Assembly: GCA_002710135.1 (NCBI GenBank)
Contig: PAOY01000035.1
Span: 448-64,447, forward strand
DNA length: 64,000 nucleotides
Direction of reading: 5' to 3'
From: Dehalococcoidia bacterium
GTDB lineage: Bacteria > Chloroflexota > Dehalococcoidia > Lucifugimonadales > Lucifugimonadaceae
Under the pieces are notes generated by a model. That model did not search any database, was not told the DNA's origin, and saw only the letters and a program-made list of their open reading frames with translations. A program made the position numbers and the translations under genes. Positions 45,948-56,231 of this stretch are shown piece after piece. Within the stretch, counting starts at the first letter, position 1. Each line of letters begins with the position of its first letter.

Positions 45948-47651
45948 TTACTCCGCAGAATTTGGTCTTGTTCTAGTTGGTGTAAGCATTTTTTCTAACG
46001 GTTCTACCTTGTTATTTATAGAATCTATTATTTCAGATTCAAAGTATTTCAATGAAGAGGATATTGGATTGTAACCTAATTGTCCATGTCCACAAAGTGA
46101 TCCTATTTTCATACTTTTACCGATTCTATCAAGTAGTTCTAAATCTTTAGAATTACTTTTTGAATCAGCTAGTCTTTGCAAAACATCATACATATGGGTA
46201 TTTCCAAGTCTACATGGAAAACATTTTCCACATGATTCAAATTGATTAAATGCAACAAGATTTCTAATTAAGTCGACTACGGATACAGAATCATTACAAA
46301 CAATTATTCCTCCAGAACCTAGAATAGCACCAGATTGAGCCATTTCATCAAAATCTATCTTAGTTGCAAATGCTTCTTTTCCAAGTACACCTCCAAGTGG
46401 TCCTCCTGTTTGAAGCATTTTTATTGGTTTATTAGAATTAGAACCTCCTCCTACTTCTTCCAATACTTCCTCGATTGTCATTCCCATTGGAATTTCATAC
46501 ATACCGGGTCTGCTTATATGTCCAGACAAGCAAACTATTGCTGTTCCACTAGATTTTTCAGTTCCTGTAGATTTGAACCATTCAGAACCATTCTTTATTA
46601 TTTGTGGAACATATGAAATTGTTTTTACATTATTAATATTAGTTGGTTTTTTCCATAATCCAGATGCGGCAGGAAAAGGAGGTTTGAAACGAGGAGGAGA
46701 TCTTTTCCCTTCAATTGCTTCCATCAAAGCAGTTTCTTCACCTGCTACATAGGAATCTCCTGTTAGAGAAACTTCCATATCAAAAGAAAAATTTGAACCT
46801 AATATATTTTCTCCAAGTAATCCTTTATCGTAAGCTTCAGAAATAGCTCTTTCGATAGCATTAATTGGAATATCATGACCTTGTCTTATAAAGACATATG
46901 ATTTATTTGAGTTAGTTGCATATCCATTTAATATGAGTCCTTCAACAAGTGTATGAGGATCAGTTTCTAAAATACCTTTATCATTATATGCACCAGGGTC
47001 ACCTTCTTCACAGTTACAAAGTACATATTTTACAGGTGCTTTATTTGGAGCTAAGAAGCTCCATTTAACACCAGTTGGAAATGCTGCGCCACCTCTACCT
47101 CTTAAGCCAGAGTTTTTAACTTCCTCAACAACATCTTCGGGAGTCATCTCAAAAAGAGCTTTGTTAAGAGCTGAATATCCTCCTGTAGAAATATATTGTA
47201 ATATATCTCCAGGTGTTACTTCTCCAAAATTCCTAGTTGCTATACGAAGTTGTTTAGAAAATTGAGGTAATTCGTTTAACTTTGGTATAGACTCATCTAA
47301 ATTTCTTGAAGACTCATAAGCAAATGAATTCTCCTTTAAAATTTCATTTGTTGTTGAATAATGTTCAAATATCTTTTCTGTTAGTTTTTCGTCTACATTT
47401 GCATAAAATATTTGATCATTAGTAGGTAATACAACTACGACCAAAGGTTCCAAATACATCAATCCCATAGAACCAACTTCTATAACATTAATATTGTCAG
47501 ATTTTTTTGAACTAAGTAGTGAAAATATTTCATCAGCGCCCACAGCTTGACCTGAGGTTCCTGTTTGAACTTTAATTACAGTCTTATTCTTATATAAGTC
47601 ATCTAAATATTTATTTGCTAATTCTTCTAATTTTTTATATTGTTCAGTCAT
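45948..47651 (-). CDS. NuoF-like NAD(H)-binding FMN/4Fe-4S flavoprotein subunit with an N-terminal extension
   Basis: 567 aa. Motifs GLRGRGGAAFPTGVKW, CNCEEGDPGA and the N3 cluster motif CGKCFPCRLG...LCGHG. The first ~130 aa form an extra domain with no Cys. Confidence 0.85.
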   Translation of the reverse strand: MTEQYKKLEELANKYLDDLYKNKTVIKVQTGTSGQAVGADEIFSLLSSKKSDNINVIEVGSMGLMYLEPLVVVVLPTNDQIFYANVDEKLTEKIFEHYSTTNEILKENSFAYESSRNLDESIPKLNELPQFSKQLRIATRNFGEVTPGDILQYISTGGYSALNKALFEMTPEDVVEEVKNSGLRGRGGAAFPTGVKWSFLAPNKAPVKYVLCNCEEGDPGAYNDKGILETDPHTLVEGLILNGYATNSNKSYVFIRQGHDIPINAIERAISEAYDKGLLGENILGSNFSFDMEVSLTGDSYVAGEETALMEAIEGKRSPPRFKPPFPAASGLWKKPTNINNVKTISYVPQIIKNGSEWFKSTGTEKSSGTAIVCLSGHISRPGMYEIPMGMTIEEVLEEVGGGSNSNKPIKMLQTGGPLGGVLGKEAFATKIDFDEMAQSGAILGSGGIIVCNDSVSVVDLIRNLVAFNQFESCGKCFPCRLGNTHMYDVLQRLADSKSNSKDLELLDRIGKSMKIGSLCGHGQLGYNPISSSLKYFESEIIDSINNKVEPLEKMLTPTRTRPNSAE

Positions 47652-47653
47652 TT

Positions 47654-48133
47654 CTAATTTTTTAAAGTATTAATAATTTTAGTTACTTTTGTTTCATCAA
47701 GTTTTCCGAACATTTTATGATCAATCGCAAAAACAGGACTTTGAGCGCAGGCGCCCAAGCAGGTTGAGTATCTGAGTGTAACTTTTTTATCTTCAGATTC
47801 TCCTTCTCCCTTTATATCTAATTCATCATGAGCTTGATTTATAAGTTTCTGGGCTCCATTTATATGACAACTAGGCCCCCAGCAAACATCAAGAGTTTTG
47901 TCCCCAGGAGGTGTAAATCTAAAATTGGTGTAAAAGGAAGCAACACTCCAAACATCATTAATTGTTACTTTACAATGTTTAGAAATTTCCTCTATAGCTT
48001 CATCAGGAATATAATGAAGACTATCTTGCACTGCTAAAAGTGAAGATAGTACCGTTACAGTTTTTCTTTTTTGATTAGAAATAGAATCTTTAATTATATT
48101 TCTTAATTTTTCAGAATTATGCTTTTCTGACAA
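47654..48133 (-). CDS. NuoE-like thioredoxin-fold 2Fe-2S subunit
   Basis: 159 aa. TTG start preceded by AGGAGA. Cluster ligands in DVCWGPSCHING and STCLGACAQSP. Confidence 0.8.
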   Translation of the reverse strand: MSEKHNSEKLRNIIKDSISNQKRKTVTVLSSLLAVQDSLHYIPDEAIEEISKHCKVTINDVWSVASFYTNFRFTPPGDKTLDVCWGPSCHINGAQKLINQAHDELDIKGEGESEDKKVTLRYSTCLGACAQSPVFAIDHKMFGKLDETKVTKIINTLKN

Positions 48134-48210
48134 ATTCTCTCCTGAGTTTATAATCTAATTTTATCAATTCAATTTTTAGCTAACAAGATATTATTGTTGC
48201 AAATTGGGTA

Positions 48211-48987
48211 TTATTTCTTACCTAACGATTTTGCAATTTTCATATCTTCACTAACGTCTCTCTGTATCGTAGGACTAACAATTACATCTTGAACTATAGT
48301 TCTCTGTGGCATTCTCATACACAATAGTATAGTTTCTGCTATATCTTCTGGCATCATCATAGTAGCTCTTGCTTCAGCATCAGGAGGAAGCGGTCTATTA
48401 TCTAAAATTGGCGTATCTACTTCTGCTGGATATACTGTACAAGTTCTTATATTATGTTCTCTTAATTCTTGTCTCATTGCAGTCATCATAGCAGCAACAG
48501 CCGCTTTAGCAGAAGAATAAGGAACTCCTCCCATCAAACCTGGTGTAACAGCAGCCATAGAAGAGACTGTAACTATTGTTCCTTCTCCATTTTGAATCAT
48601 ATTAGGTATTATTGCTTGAGATAGCCTGTAAACTCCTTCAACATTAACGTTGAAAACTGATTGCCAGTCTTCTTTTTCAACATATCTTATGGCTCTAACC
48701 TTACTACTGTGACCAGCGTTATTCACTAAATATTGTATTTTCCCAAATTCCTTGATTGCTTCTTCTGCGACATTTGCAGCAGCATCACCATCTTCTAAGT
48801 CAGCAGATATATATCCAGCATTACCTCCTGCTTGTTCAATCTCTTTAGCTGATTCTTTAAGTAAGTTTTCTCTTCTGCCAACTATAAATACATTAGCTCC
48901 TTGTTCACCTAGCATTTTTGCAGTTATTCTTCCTATACCTGAACCTGCTCCAGTTAAGATTACTGATTTATCTCTCAATGATTCCAT
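48211..48987 (-). CDS. short-chain dehydrogenase/reductase (SDR)
   Basis: 258 aa. Motifs TGAGSGIGR and NNAG, plus the catalytic motif YSSAKAA. Confidence 0.9.
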   Translation of the reverse strand: MESLRDKSVILTGAGSGIGRITAKMLGEQGANVFIVGRRENLLKESAKEIEQAGGNAGYISADLEDGDAAANVAEEAIKEFGKIQYLVNNAGHSSKVRAIRYVEKEDWQSVFNVNVEGVYRLSQAIIPNMIQNGEGTIVTVSSMAAVTPGLMGGVPYSSAKAAVAAMMTAMRQELREHNIRTCTVYPAEVDTPILDNRPLPPDAEARATMMMPEDIAETILLCMRMPQRTIVQDVIVSPTIQRDVSEDMKIAKSLGKK

Positions 48988-49103
48988 ATCTCCCCCTAAA
49001 TTAGTTTGAAAACTATTTATATATTATTCACTATAAAAATGACATATCCAACATAATTTGGCAATATATTGAATTTTTTACTTTAATAAGATGATTTAAG
49101 TTT

Positions 49104-50420
49104 TTATTTCTTATAATCAGATTCAATCAAGGTTATTATTTTATTAGCTATGTCAACAGAATAATTTGTTCCTCTATCTTCAGGATAAATTTGAGCCGTA
49201 TTACCACTGTATAATCCTCTTACAGGTAATTTAAGTGGGATTATTTTTTCTGAATAATTAAGTGGGAAAATAGGTTGTGCGTAGTTTATTTTGCTGAATC
49301 TAAAATCTTTGATCCATTTCTTATCAAAACTATTGTTAATCTTTTTTATAAAAGGTAAATATTTTTCTAATAATTCTTCATAATTTAACTCAAGTAAAGG
49401 ATTTTCTTTTTCTACATAATTAGTTATGTATAAAATATTTCGATTAGAATAGAATTTTTTAGGAATTAGATTCGTATGCTCAATTAATCCAAGAAAAGGG
49501 AAACTATTGTCAGCAATTGATAGCCAATAAAAATCAGAAACTTTTTTTTCAAGAACTAAAATCATTACAATAGCAGACATATATTCTACTTCATTCATAT
49601 CTTTACTTAATGATGAGTTAAGTGATATTAATTTCCCCAGTATGTTGTAAGGAACTGTAGAAATAACAATATCAAATTTTATATTTGTGACATTATCATC
49701 TCGGTCTATTATGTTAATTGATTCTATTTCATTAGATTTTTTCTTGATTTCGGTAACTTTTGTATTTAGAAATATCTCTCCTCCATTATTAGTAATCTCT
49801 TTTTCTAAAGTCTGAATTAAATTAGAGAATGATTTTTCTGGATAGCAAAGAACTTCCTGAAGTTTATAATTTCTAGACGATACCCTTGTTTGAATCTTAG
49901 ACCAAAACCAAGGCATTGGAATTTTATTGTAATATCTTCCAAATTTTCCTTCTAAAAGAGGTTTAAAAATTATCTCAAATGTTTTATTTTTCACTCTTTT
50001 AGAGAGCCAATCAAAAGCAGTCTCATTCTCAATCTTTTTCCAATTTTTCATCATTTTTAATTTAATTGAAATAAAAAAAAGATTTACTCTTTCTTTGAAT
50101 GGGATTAAAGATAATTTTAATAAATCTAAAGGAGATGTAGTTTTCCAGATTTTTCCTTCGGAGTATGTAGCTACTGAAGATTTATACCAATTAAGTTCAT
50201 TATTTATACCTAGTTCTTTATATAAATTAAGAATAGATTTATCTGTAGCAAATAAATGATGATATGCTTTCTCAATCTCAAAATCCTCAATTTTGATTGT
50301 AGAAGCTTGTCCTCCAAGAAATGATCCTGATTCAAAAATAGAAACTTGGTGTCCAGATTTTGACAGTTTATATCCAGCAGAAAGGCCGGTTATTCCTCCA
50401 CCAATTATACATATTTTCAT
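49104..50420 (-). CDS. FAD/NAD(P)-binding oxidoreductase (amine-oxidase / phytoene-desaturase / protoporphyrinogen-oxidase-like fold)
   Basis: 438 aa. N-terminal motif KICIIGGGITGLSAGYKL...FESGSFLGGQA. Confidence 0.7.
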   Translation of the reverse strand: MKICIIGGGITGLSAGYKLSKSGHQVSIFESGSFLGGQASTIKIEDFEIEKAYHHLFATDKSILNLYKELGINNELNWYKSSVATYSEGKIWKTTSPLDLLKLSLIPFKERVNLFFISIKLKMMKNWKKIENETAFDWLSKRVKNKTFEIIFKPLLEGKFGRYYNKIPMPWFWSKIQTRVSSRNYKLQEVLCYPEKSFSNLIQTLEKEITNNGGEIFLNTKVTEIKKKSNEIESINIIDRDDNVTNIKFDIVISTVPYNILGKLISLNSSLSKDMNEVEYMSAIVMILVLEKKVSDFYWLSIADNSFPFLGLIEHTNLIPKKFYSNRNILYITNYVEKENPLLELNYEELLEKYLPFIKKINNSFDKKWIKDFRFSKINYAQPIFPLNYSEKIIPLKLPVRGLYSGNTAQIYPEDRGTNYSVDIANKIITLIESDYKK

Positions 50421-50421
50421 A

Positions 50422-51384
50422 TTATTTCTTTTGAGCTAATTTTTGCATTGATATTATTATAAATCCAAGAATAGAAATTGGAATAAATAAAACAAGGTGA
50501 ACAATAATTATTACAGTAGCTCCAATAGAAGAAGAAATACCCATTGCTAAAAATGATAATGTCCCAAAGAATTCAAAATTACCTAAATTTCCTGGAAGAG
50601 AAGGAATTATGCCTGATAAATTCGTAATCGAACAAACAATCAATATTATAGTAAATAAATATTTTCTTGAAATATCTAGAATAAAATAGTCAGCAATTAC
50701 ATAGTAAACAATACTCTCAATTATCCAAATTAATATAGAAAGAACACTTATAAATAAATACTTTTTATAAGATCTGCATTCATAAAAAAAAGATAACAAA
50801 TCATTAAATAAAAATATTAATTTTTGAATTAATATTTCAAAAAAAATTATTTTTCTTAGAAATAATAGAGTTACTATGCTTATTATTATTAGAATTGAAA
50901 TAAATATTGCAGTGTTAGATAATTCAAATAACTTGAAATCAAATTGATTCACAAAAGGCAATGCTAATACTAATAAGAGAACTAATGCAACAACATCAAA
51001 AAGTCTTTCAGTAAATATAGTAGATAAAACTCTTACAAAAGAATTATGTTCTTTTTTTGATATTCTGTTTACTCTGTATAATTCACCTAATCTAAACGGC
51101 AAAAGATTGTTAGCCATATATCCAATTATAGTTTCATTAATCATATTGAATTTATAATTTTCAAATAATTCTAAATAAACAATTTTCCATCGAATGTATC
51201 TTAGAATTACAGATAAAAAATATATAAATGTAGCTAAGCTCAATATAGGAAGAGTTATTTTAGAAATATTGTCTATTATTTGACCAAAATCATTAATTAT
51301 TTTATATATACCAAATAAAAATAATGAAGAAAAAATAATAGGAAGTAAATTATTCAGTTTTATGATTCTATTCAATGCTTTCAA
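50422..51384 (-). CDS. membrane protein of the lysylphosphatidylglycerol-synthase-TM-region / flippase-like family (UPF0104, PF03706-like)
   Basis: 320 aa, about 8 TM segments. Hallmark RYIRWK...GYMANNLLPFRLGELYRV. Confidence 0.6.
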   Translation of the reverse strand: MKALNRIIKLNNLLPIIFSSLFLFGIYKIINDFGQIIDNISKITLPILSLATFIYFLSVILRYIRWKIVYLELFENYKFNMINETIIGYMANNLLPFRLGELYRVNRISKKEHNSFVRVLSTIFTERLFDVVALVLLLVLALPFVNQFDFKLFELSNTAIFISILIIISIVTLLFLRKIIFFEILIQKLIFLFNDLLSFFYECRSYKKYLFISVLSILIWIIESIVYYVIADYFILDISRKYLFTIILIVCSITNLSGIIPSLPGNLGNFEFFGTLSFLAMGISSSIGATVIIIVHLVLFIPISILGFIIISMQKLAQKK

Positions 51385-53371
51385 ATTCTTTGGATTTTAA
51401 TAAAACAAAATTAGTAGATCCTAAATTAGATTTAAAATTTCTATGTAAATAAAATTTTTGAATTAAAACTCTGTTTTCATTAAGTTTAACTAAGTCAATA
51501 ATGTCATTAATCCCCTTATTTCTATATATATTTTCAGGGAACCATTTCCTGTGAGAAATTGTTCTCTTAAAGTTATATTTATCTAAAAATTCATCAGATA
51601 ATTTATCTATATTTTTTGTATTTACAAGCAAATAATCATAGTTATGTTCCAAGGATTCAAAATTGTCCATCCAAATAACATTTTTATTTTCTCGTAAGTA
51701 CCACATCCATGGCCAAGCAAATCCATCAAGAGTATCGACACCCACAACTAAATTTTCTTTCTTGATATAAGAATCTTGAATTTCTTTATTAAGTTGATGA
51801 AGAGAATTAGATGTTTGTGTGTATATCAACATATCATATGGTTCATCTGATAAATCAAAAATAACTTTTGAACTAGTTTTTATTGTAAGTAAACTAAAAA
51901 AAATAAAAATTACTAATGATAGCGATAACGAAAATTGCTTAATTGAAAAATTTTCTTTTGATAAAAAAGTAAATGAAATAATCAATATTGAAATAATAAG
52001 AAATATAAAATCGTAAAAGTAATTATTATTTTCATATCTATAATCTGTAAAAACCAGTCGCAAAACTATGAATAGAATTACAAAACCTGAGATGAAATAA
52101 AATAACAAAATTTCTTTTGATTTTTCTAATAAATTAATTACCTTAGATAAATAAAGTCCAACAAGAAATATAAATGGTATTACTAGATTTACCACAAGCC
52201 AAGGCATCTTTTCGCCAGCTATAGAAAATGCTATAAGAGAAAAAATTGCAGTAAATGATACAAATCTTTCAAAGATATCCCCTCTAATAAGAAAATAAAT
52301 TGATAAAGGAATACCAAAAATAAAAACTAAGAATTCGTTTGTAAATAATATAACAATGTAATAATAAAAAGGTTGTCCACCTCTTGCAACATCATGTTGT
52401 GACAACCAATAACCTAATGATTGCCAATGACCAGTTATAAGTCCAGATGGATTTATAAAAAAACTTGTAAACATAAGTATAAAAATAATTGAAAATATAC
52501 TTATAGATGTAAACCATAATTTCTTGTTAAACATATATCCAAAAATATTTGATAGTAGTAACAAAAAAAATGTAATCAAAATTGCAAAAATAATACCATT
52601 ACCAACTGGTAATCCTGCAGGTACTCCTGGGTAACTATCAGGAGTAGCTAAAATAACTCCTAGAGATGATTGAAAAACAGATAACATAGGAGCAGCTAAT
52701 GGGATAGTGATTAATGATAATATGAGAAATAATTTAGAGATATGCCCTATTTCTTTAATACTGATCTTACCTAAAGCAACATATAGCAAATCCCGAATTG
52801 AATAAAATGATAGAAAGATCAAAACTCCTAAAAGATTAAGGTACATGCTTTCTTTGATTGTAAAACCAAGTGCTATAATTCCAACGATTAGAAATAGCCA
52901 AATATCTTTTTTAGTATTTAGGAACTTTAGAATAAAAATAAATAAAAGTATTAGAATCCCAGACATAAATACGTCATTTCTAGCAAATCTACTAAAATAA
53001 GCAAGTGAGGGTGAAATTGAAATTAGAAAGGCTATTATCAATGTTGATCTATCGCCTATTTCTTTTCTTATTATTATTGGAGCTAATACAACTAAAACTC
53101 CAACTAATGCAAATGGAAATCTTAGTAAAAATTCACTACTACCCACCAACCAAAATAAACCAGAAAGAATGTTAAATAAAAACATACCATGCGTTAGGGG
53201 ATTATGTGCATAATAATCTCCATTTGATGTTACGTATGAAAAATAACCATGCAAACTCTCATCATGATGGACTGCTCTATTGCCTAGTTCAATAAATCTA
53301 AATAAAAAAGCAACAATTAAAATATTGAAGTAAGAAAATAGATAAATATTATTTTTAATTAGATTATTCAT
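51368..53371 (-). CDS. large polytopic GT-C-fold glycosyltransferase-like membrane protein (ArnT/PMT-like; TIGR03663-like)
   Basis: 667 aa, more than 12 TM segments. First-loop acidic motif AVHHDESLHGYFSY, then GGQPFYYYIV. Soluble C-terminal domain of about 150 aa. Confidence 0.5.
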   Translation of the reverse strand: MNNLIKNNIYLFSYFNILIVAFLFRFIELGNRAVHHDESLHGYFSYVTSNGDYYAHNPLTHGMFLFNILSGLFWLVGSSEFLLRFPFALVGVLVVLAPIIIRKEIGDRSTLIIAFLISISPSLAYFSRFARNDVFMSGILILLFIFILKFLNTKKDIWLFLIVGIIALGFTIKESMYLNLLGVLIFLSFYSIRDLLYVALGKISIKEIGHISKLFLILSLITIPLAAPMLSVFQSSLGVILATPDSYPGVPAGLPVGNGIIFAILITFFLLLLSNIFGYMFNKKLWFTSISIFSIIFILMFTSFFINPSGLITGHWQSLGYWLSQHDVARGGQPFYYYIVILFTNEFLVFIFGIPLSIYFLIRGDIFERFVSFTAIFSLIAFSIAGEKMPWLVVNLVIPFIFLVGLYLSKVINLLEKSKEILLFYFISGFVILFIVLRLVFTDYRYENNNYFYDFIFLIISILIISFTFLSKENFSIKQFSLSLSLVIFIFFSLLTIKTSSKVIFDLSDEPYDMLIYTQTSNSLHQLNKEIQDSYIKKENLVVGVDTLDGFAWPWMWYLRENKNVIWMDNFESLEHNYDYLLVNTKNIDKLSDEFLDKYNFKRTISHRKWFPENIYRNKGINDIIDLVKLNENRVLIQKFYLHRNFKSNLGSTNFVLLKSKEFESIE

Positions 53372-55559
53372 TTAGGCTAAAAATCTTAAATTCTTTGTTT
53401 TCAAAAATTAAATTAAAGTCCTTAAATTTTGAATCATTGTTAAGATCATATCTCTTTTTTTCAAATGTTGATAATAAAATATATTTAACGTTATATTCTT
53501 TTAGCATTTGATTTTCTTGTGATGGATTTAAGTAAAAATTTTCAATTTTATTATTAAGATCTAATATCAATTCTGATTCTGATCTCCATTGTAATTGATG
53601 ATTAATCCAAGCTAATACAGTTGAACGACCAGTTGCTGCAGAAATTATATTTGATCTAGTATAAGATTTCCCTACTCCTTCAAGAATAATAGACTCTTTA
53701 GGAATATTGTTTTTTATAAAATCAATAACTTCTATTTCCGATTGATTTAAATAACTTAATCCATTTATACCAAAATAACCAATATTATCTATCGATCTAG
53801 ATCTGATTGCTGATACTCCCCACCAGACTGATGGAACGATGACTAAAACTATAAATAAACTTCCTATATATCTTTTGAAATGATTTAATGATTTTAAGAA
53901 ATTATAAATCAGATAAATTGAGACTAAATTTAAAATGATGTAATTTATGAAATAAAACTTAAACACAGTATTCATTCTATTGTTGAACTTATCTACGATA
54001 TAAATAAATTCTGTTCCATAAATTACAACAAGACTCGAAAATAAAAGAATCATAATATGTTTCATAAGAGATTTTTCATTTTTTATGATGAATATTACTG
54101 AAGATAGAATAAAAGAGTAAAAAATATTATTAATTAAGAAATTAATAAAAAGTTCAAAATTCAGATAAAAATTAGGTAAAAATAAGGGGAATACTAAAGA
54201 AAAAGATAATATAAGTATAAATATTTTAATATGATCTTTTGAAAAACCTAATCTTAATATTCTTACTAAAATAAAGAGAAAAATTGGTATATAAGAAAAT
54301 CCCCAATATAGGAATAATTGATGAAACCTAGATATGATTTTAACGTTAGAAATATATGGAAAATCTAATAAATTATTAGGATTAATTAGAAAAATAAAAA
54401 TACTAAGTTCAATAATCAATACAACTGCTAAATATAATAAATTCTTATTTTCAAAATTAATGTTTTTTCTGTAGAAGAAAACGCTACATATAACATACCA
54501 AATCAATATAACTGAGTACCAAGGATTTATTAAGATAGTGAATATTATTACTAAATTCAGCCATATAGTAGAAACAAGAGTAAATTCTTTCTTATAAAAT
54601 ATGTCAAATATCATTGAAAATCCTAAAATTACAAAAGGAATAACAAGAATATGTGGATGAATATCGCCTAAGATAAATGAAAAACTAGGGAATTCATTAA
54701 TTGTGTAATCACTAAAAAATATATCAGGTTTGTTATAACTTATTATTCTAGAAATAGAAAACCACCACCAGTTATCATTTGGCCAGAATAATTCAAAATT
54801 TTCTTTTTTTGTAATTCCTTCGATATCAATCAATTTATATATATAATCTGTACCTAAAGTTGAATGACTAAGTATTTCTAAAATACTTGCAAAAGGAGTA
54901 ATAAAATAAATATATATAAATATAAAGGGTAAAAATAAATATATTTTATTTTTTGGAATTTCAAAAATTCTTGTTATCAATCCATATGTTGAAAGAAATG
55001 TTATCGATAAAACAGATGGAAGTATAAAATTATATGCCATAGAGCTTTCCATATCCAAAATAGAAGGGATAGCTGAATAAACAAAATAACCATAAGAATA
55101 ATAAGAAACAGGATTATTGTGAAACCATAGGTCTTCAGGAATTATAGACGTAGATGACATAGAGGAAGATAAGATCATAAATTCCATTATCTTTTCAGTA
55201 TTCAATATATCAGAATTACTCATTCTTAGTAAAAGAATTAATCCAAAAATTATAATGAAAATTAAGTATTTAATATCAAAAAATGATTTTATCAATTCTT
55301 TGTGCAAAAATTTTTTACTTATTATAAAAATTGAGAAAAAAATTATAAATATATAAGAAATTTTCCAAACATTAGAATTAGATATTTGATCAAATGATAA
55401 AAGTGAAAACAGAGTTCCTGAAATAATCAAAAATATAAATCCAATTAAAACATATGGTAGATTTATACTTAACCTTTTGTCTAAAGTGTGATTATAGGCA
55501 AAACCTACTACATTGAGTGATAATAAGATTAATAAAAAAAATATTGTTTCAATCATCAT
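53364..55559 (-). CDS. very large polytopic membrane protein, DUF2298 / 'Chlor_Arch_YYY' (TIGR03662)-like
   Basis: 731 aa, about 18 or more TM segments. Tyr-rich motif PVSYYSYGYFVYS. Soluble C-terminal domain. 8-nt overlap with the downstream GT-C gene. Confidence 0.5.
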   Translation of the reverse strand: MMIETIFFLLILLSLNVVGFAYNHTLDKRLSINLPYVLIGFIFLIISGTLFSLLSFDQISNSNVWKISYIFIIFFSIFIISKKFLHKELIKSFFDIKYLIFIIIFGLILLLRMSNSDILNTEKIMEFMILSSSMSSTSIIPEDLWFHNNPVSYYSYGYFVYSAIPSILDMESSMAYNFILPSVLSITFLSTYGLITRIFEIPKNKIYLFLPFIFIYIYFITPFASILEILSHSTLGTDYIYKLIDIEGITKKENFELFWPNDNWWWFSISRIISYNKPDIFFSDYTINEFPSFSFILGDIHPHILVIPFVILGFSMIFDIFYKKEFTLVSTIWLNLVIIFTILINPWYSVILIWYVICSVFFYRKNINFENKNLLYLAVVLIIELSIFIFLINPNNLLDFPYISNVKIISRFHQLFLYWGFSYIPIFLFILVRILRLGFSKDHIKIFILILSFSLVFPLFLPNFYLNFELFINFLINNIFYSFILSSVIFIIKNEKSLMKHIMILLFSSLVVIYGTEFIYIVDKFNNRMNTVFKFYFINYIILNLVSIYLIYNFLKSLNHFKRYIGSLFIVLVIVPSVWWGVSAIRSRSIDNIGYFGINGLSYLNQSEIEVIDFIKNNIPKESIILEGVGKSYTRSNIISAATGRSTVLAWINHQLQWRSESELILDLNNKIENFYLNPSQENQMLKEYNVKYILLSTFEKKRYDLNNDSKFKDFNLIFENKEFKIFSLNE

Positions 55560-56231
55560 TTATAATTTTTTAGAATATATTTCTAATGCTTCTTTAGCAG
55601 CCATCTTTTCTGCATCAATTTTTTTTCTTCCTTTACCAATCGATATTTTTTTGTCATTAATGAATAATTTTATTAAGAACGAACCATTTTCTAACTGTTG
55701 GGATTTATAAACAGGTAATTCTTCTCCAAGTTCTTGAAGTTTTTCTTGGAGTAATGATTTTGAATCGAAATAAGACTTAGAATTATAAATATCACCAATT
55801 TGATCTTTGAATAAATCAACTAAATAATTAGATGTTTCATGAAGACCTATACTGATTGAAATGTATCCTATTACGGATTCAAATAAATTACATAATGTAG
55901 AAATTTTATTTCTTCCATTATTCATTTCTTCGCCCTTGCCCAAGATGATATAACGACCAAGTTGAAGATCTTTAGAGTAATTTGATAATGATTTTTGATT
56001 AACTACTTCAGATCTAATTTTTGATAAATCTCCTTCAGGTAAACTCGGATAATGTTTATATAAATATTCACTTACAACATAACTTATTACAGAATCACCT
56101 AAATATTCTAATCGTTCATTTGATTCTAAATCCTTAATTGTAGAATTTTCATTTAGATAAGAACTATGTGTTAAGGCAACTTTGAAGTTATCAAAGTCTT
56201 CATGTATAAGCTTTTGAATTAATTCAAACAT
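55560..56231 (-). CDS. rnc: ribonuclease III
   Basis: 223 aa. Signature NERLEYLGDSV. C-terminal dsRBD ending GKGRKKIDAEKMAAKEAL. Confidence 0.9.
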   Translation of the reverse strand: MFELIQKLIHEDFDNFKVALTHSSYLNENSTIKDLESNERLEYLGDSVISYVVSEYLYKHYPSLPEGDLSKIRSEVVNQKSLSNYSKDLQLGRYIILGKGEEMNNGRNKISTLCNLFESVIGYISISIGLHETSNYLVDLFKDQIGDIYNSKSYFDSKSLLQEKLQELGEELPVYKSQQLENGSFLIKLFINDKKISIGKGRKKIDAEKMAAKEALEIYSKKL

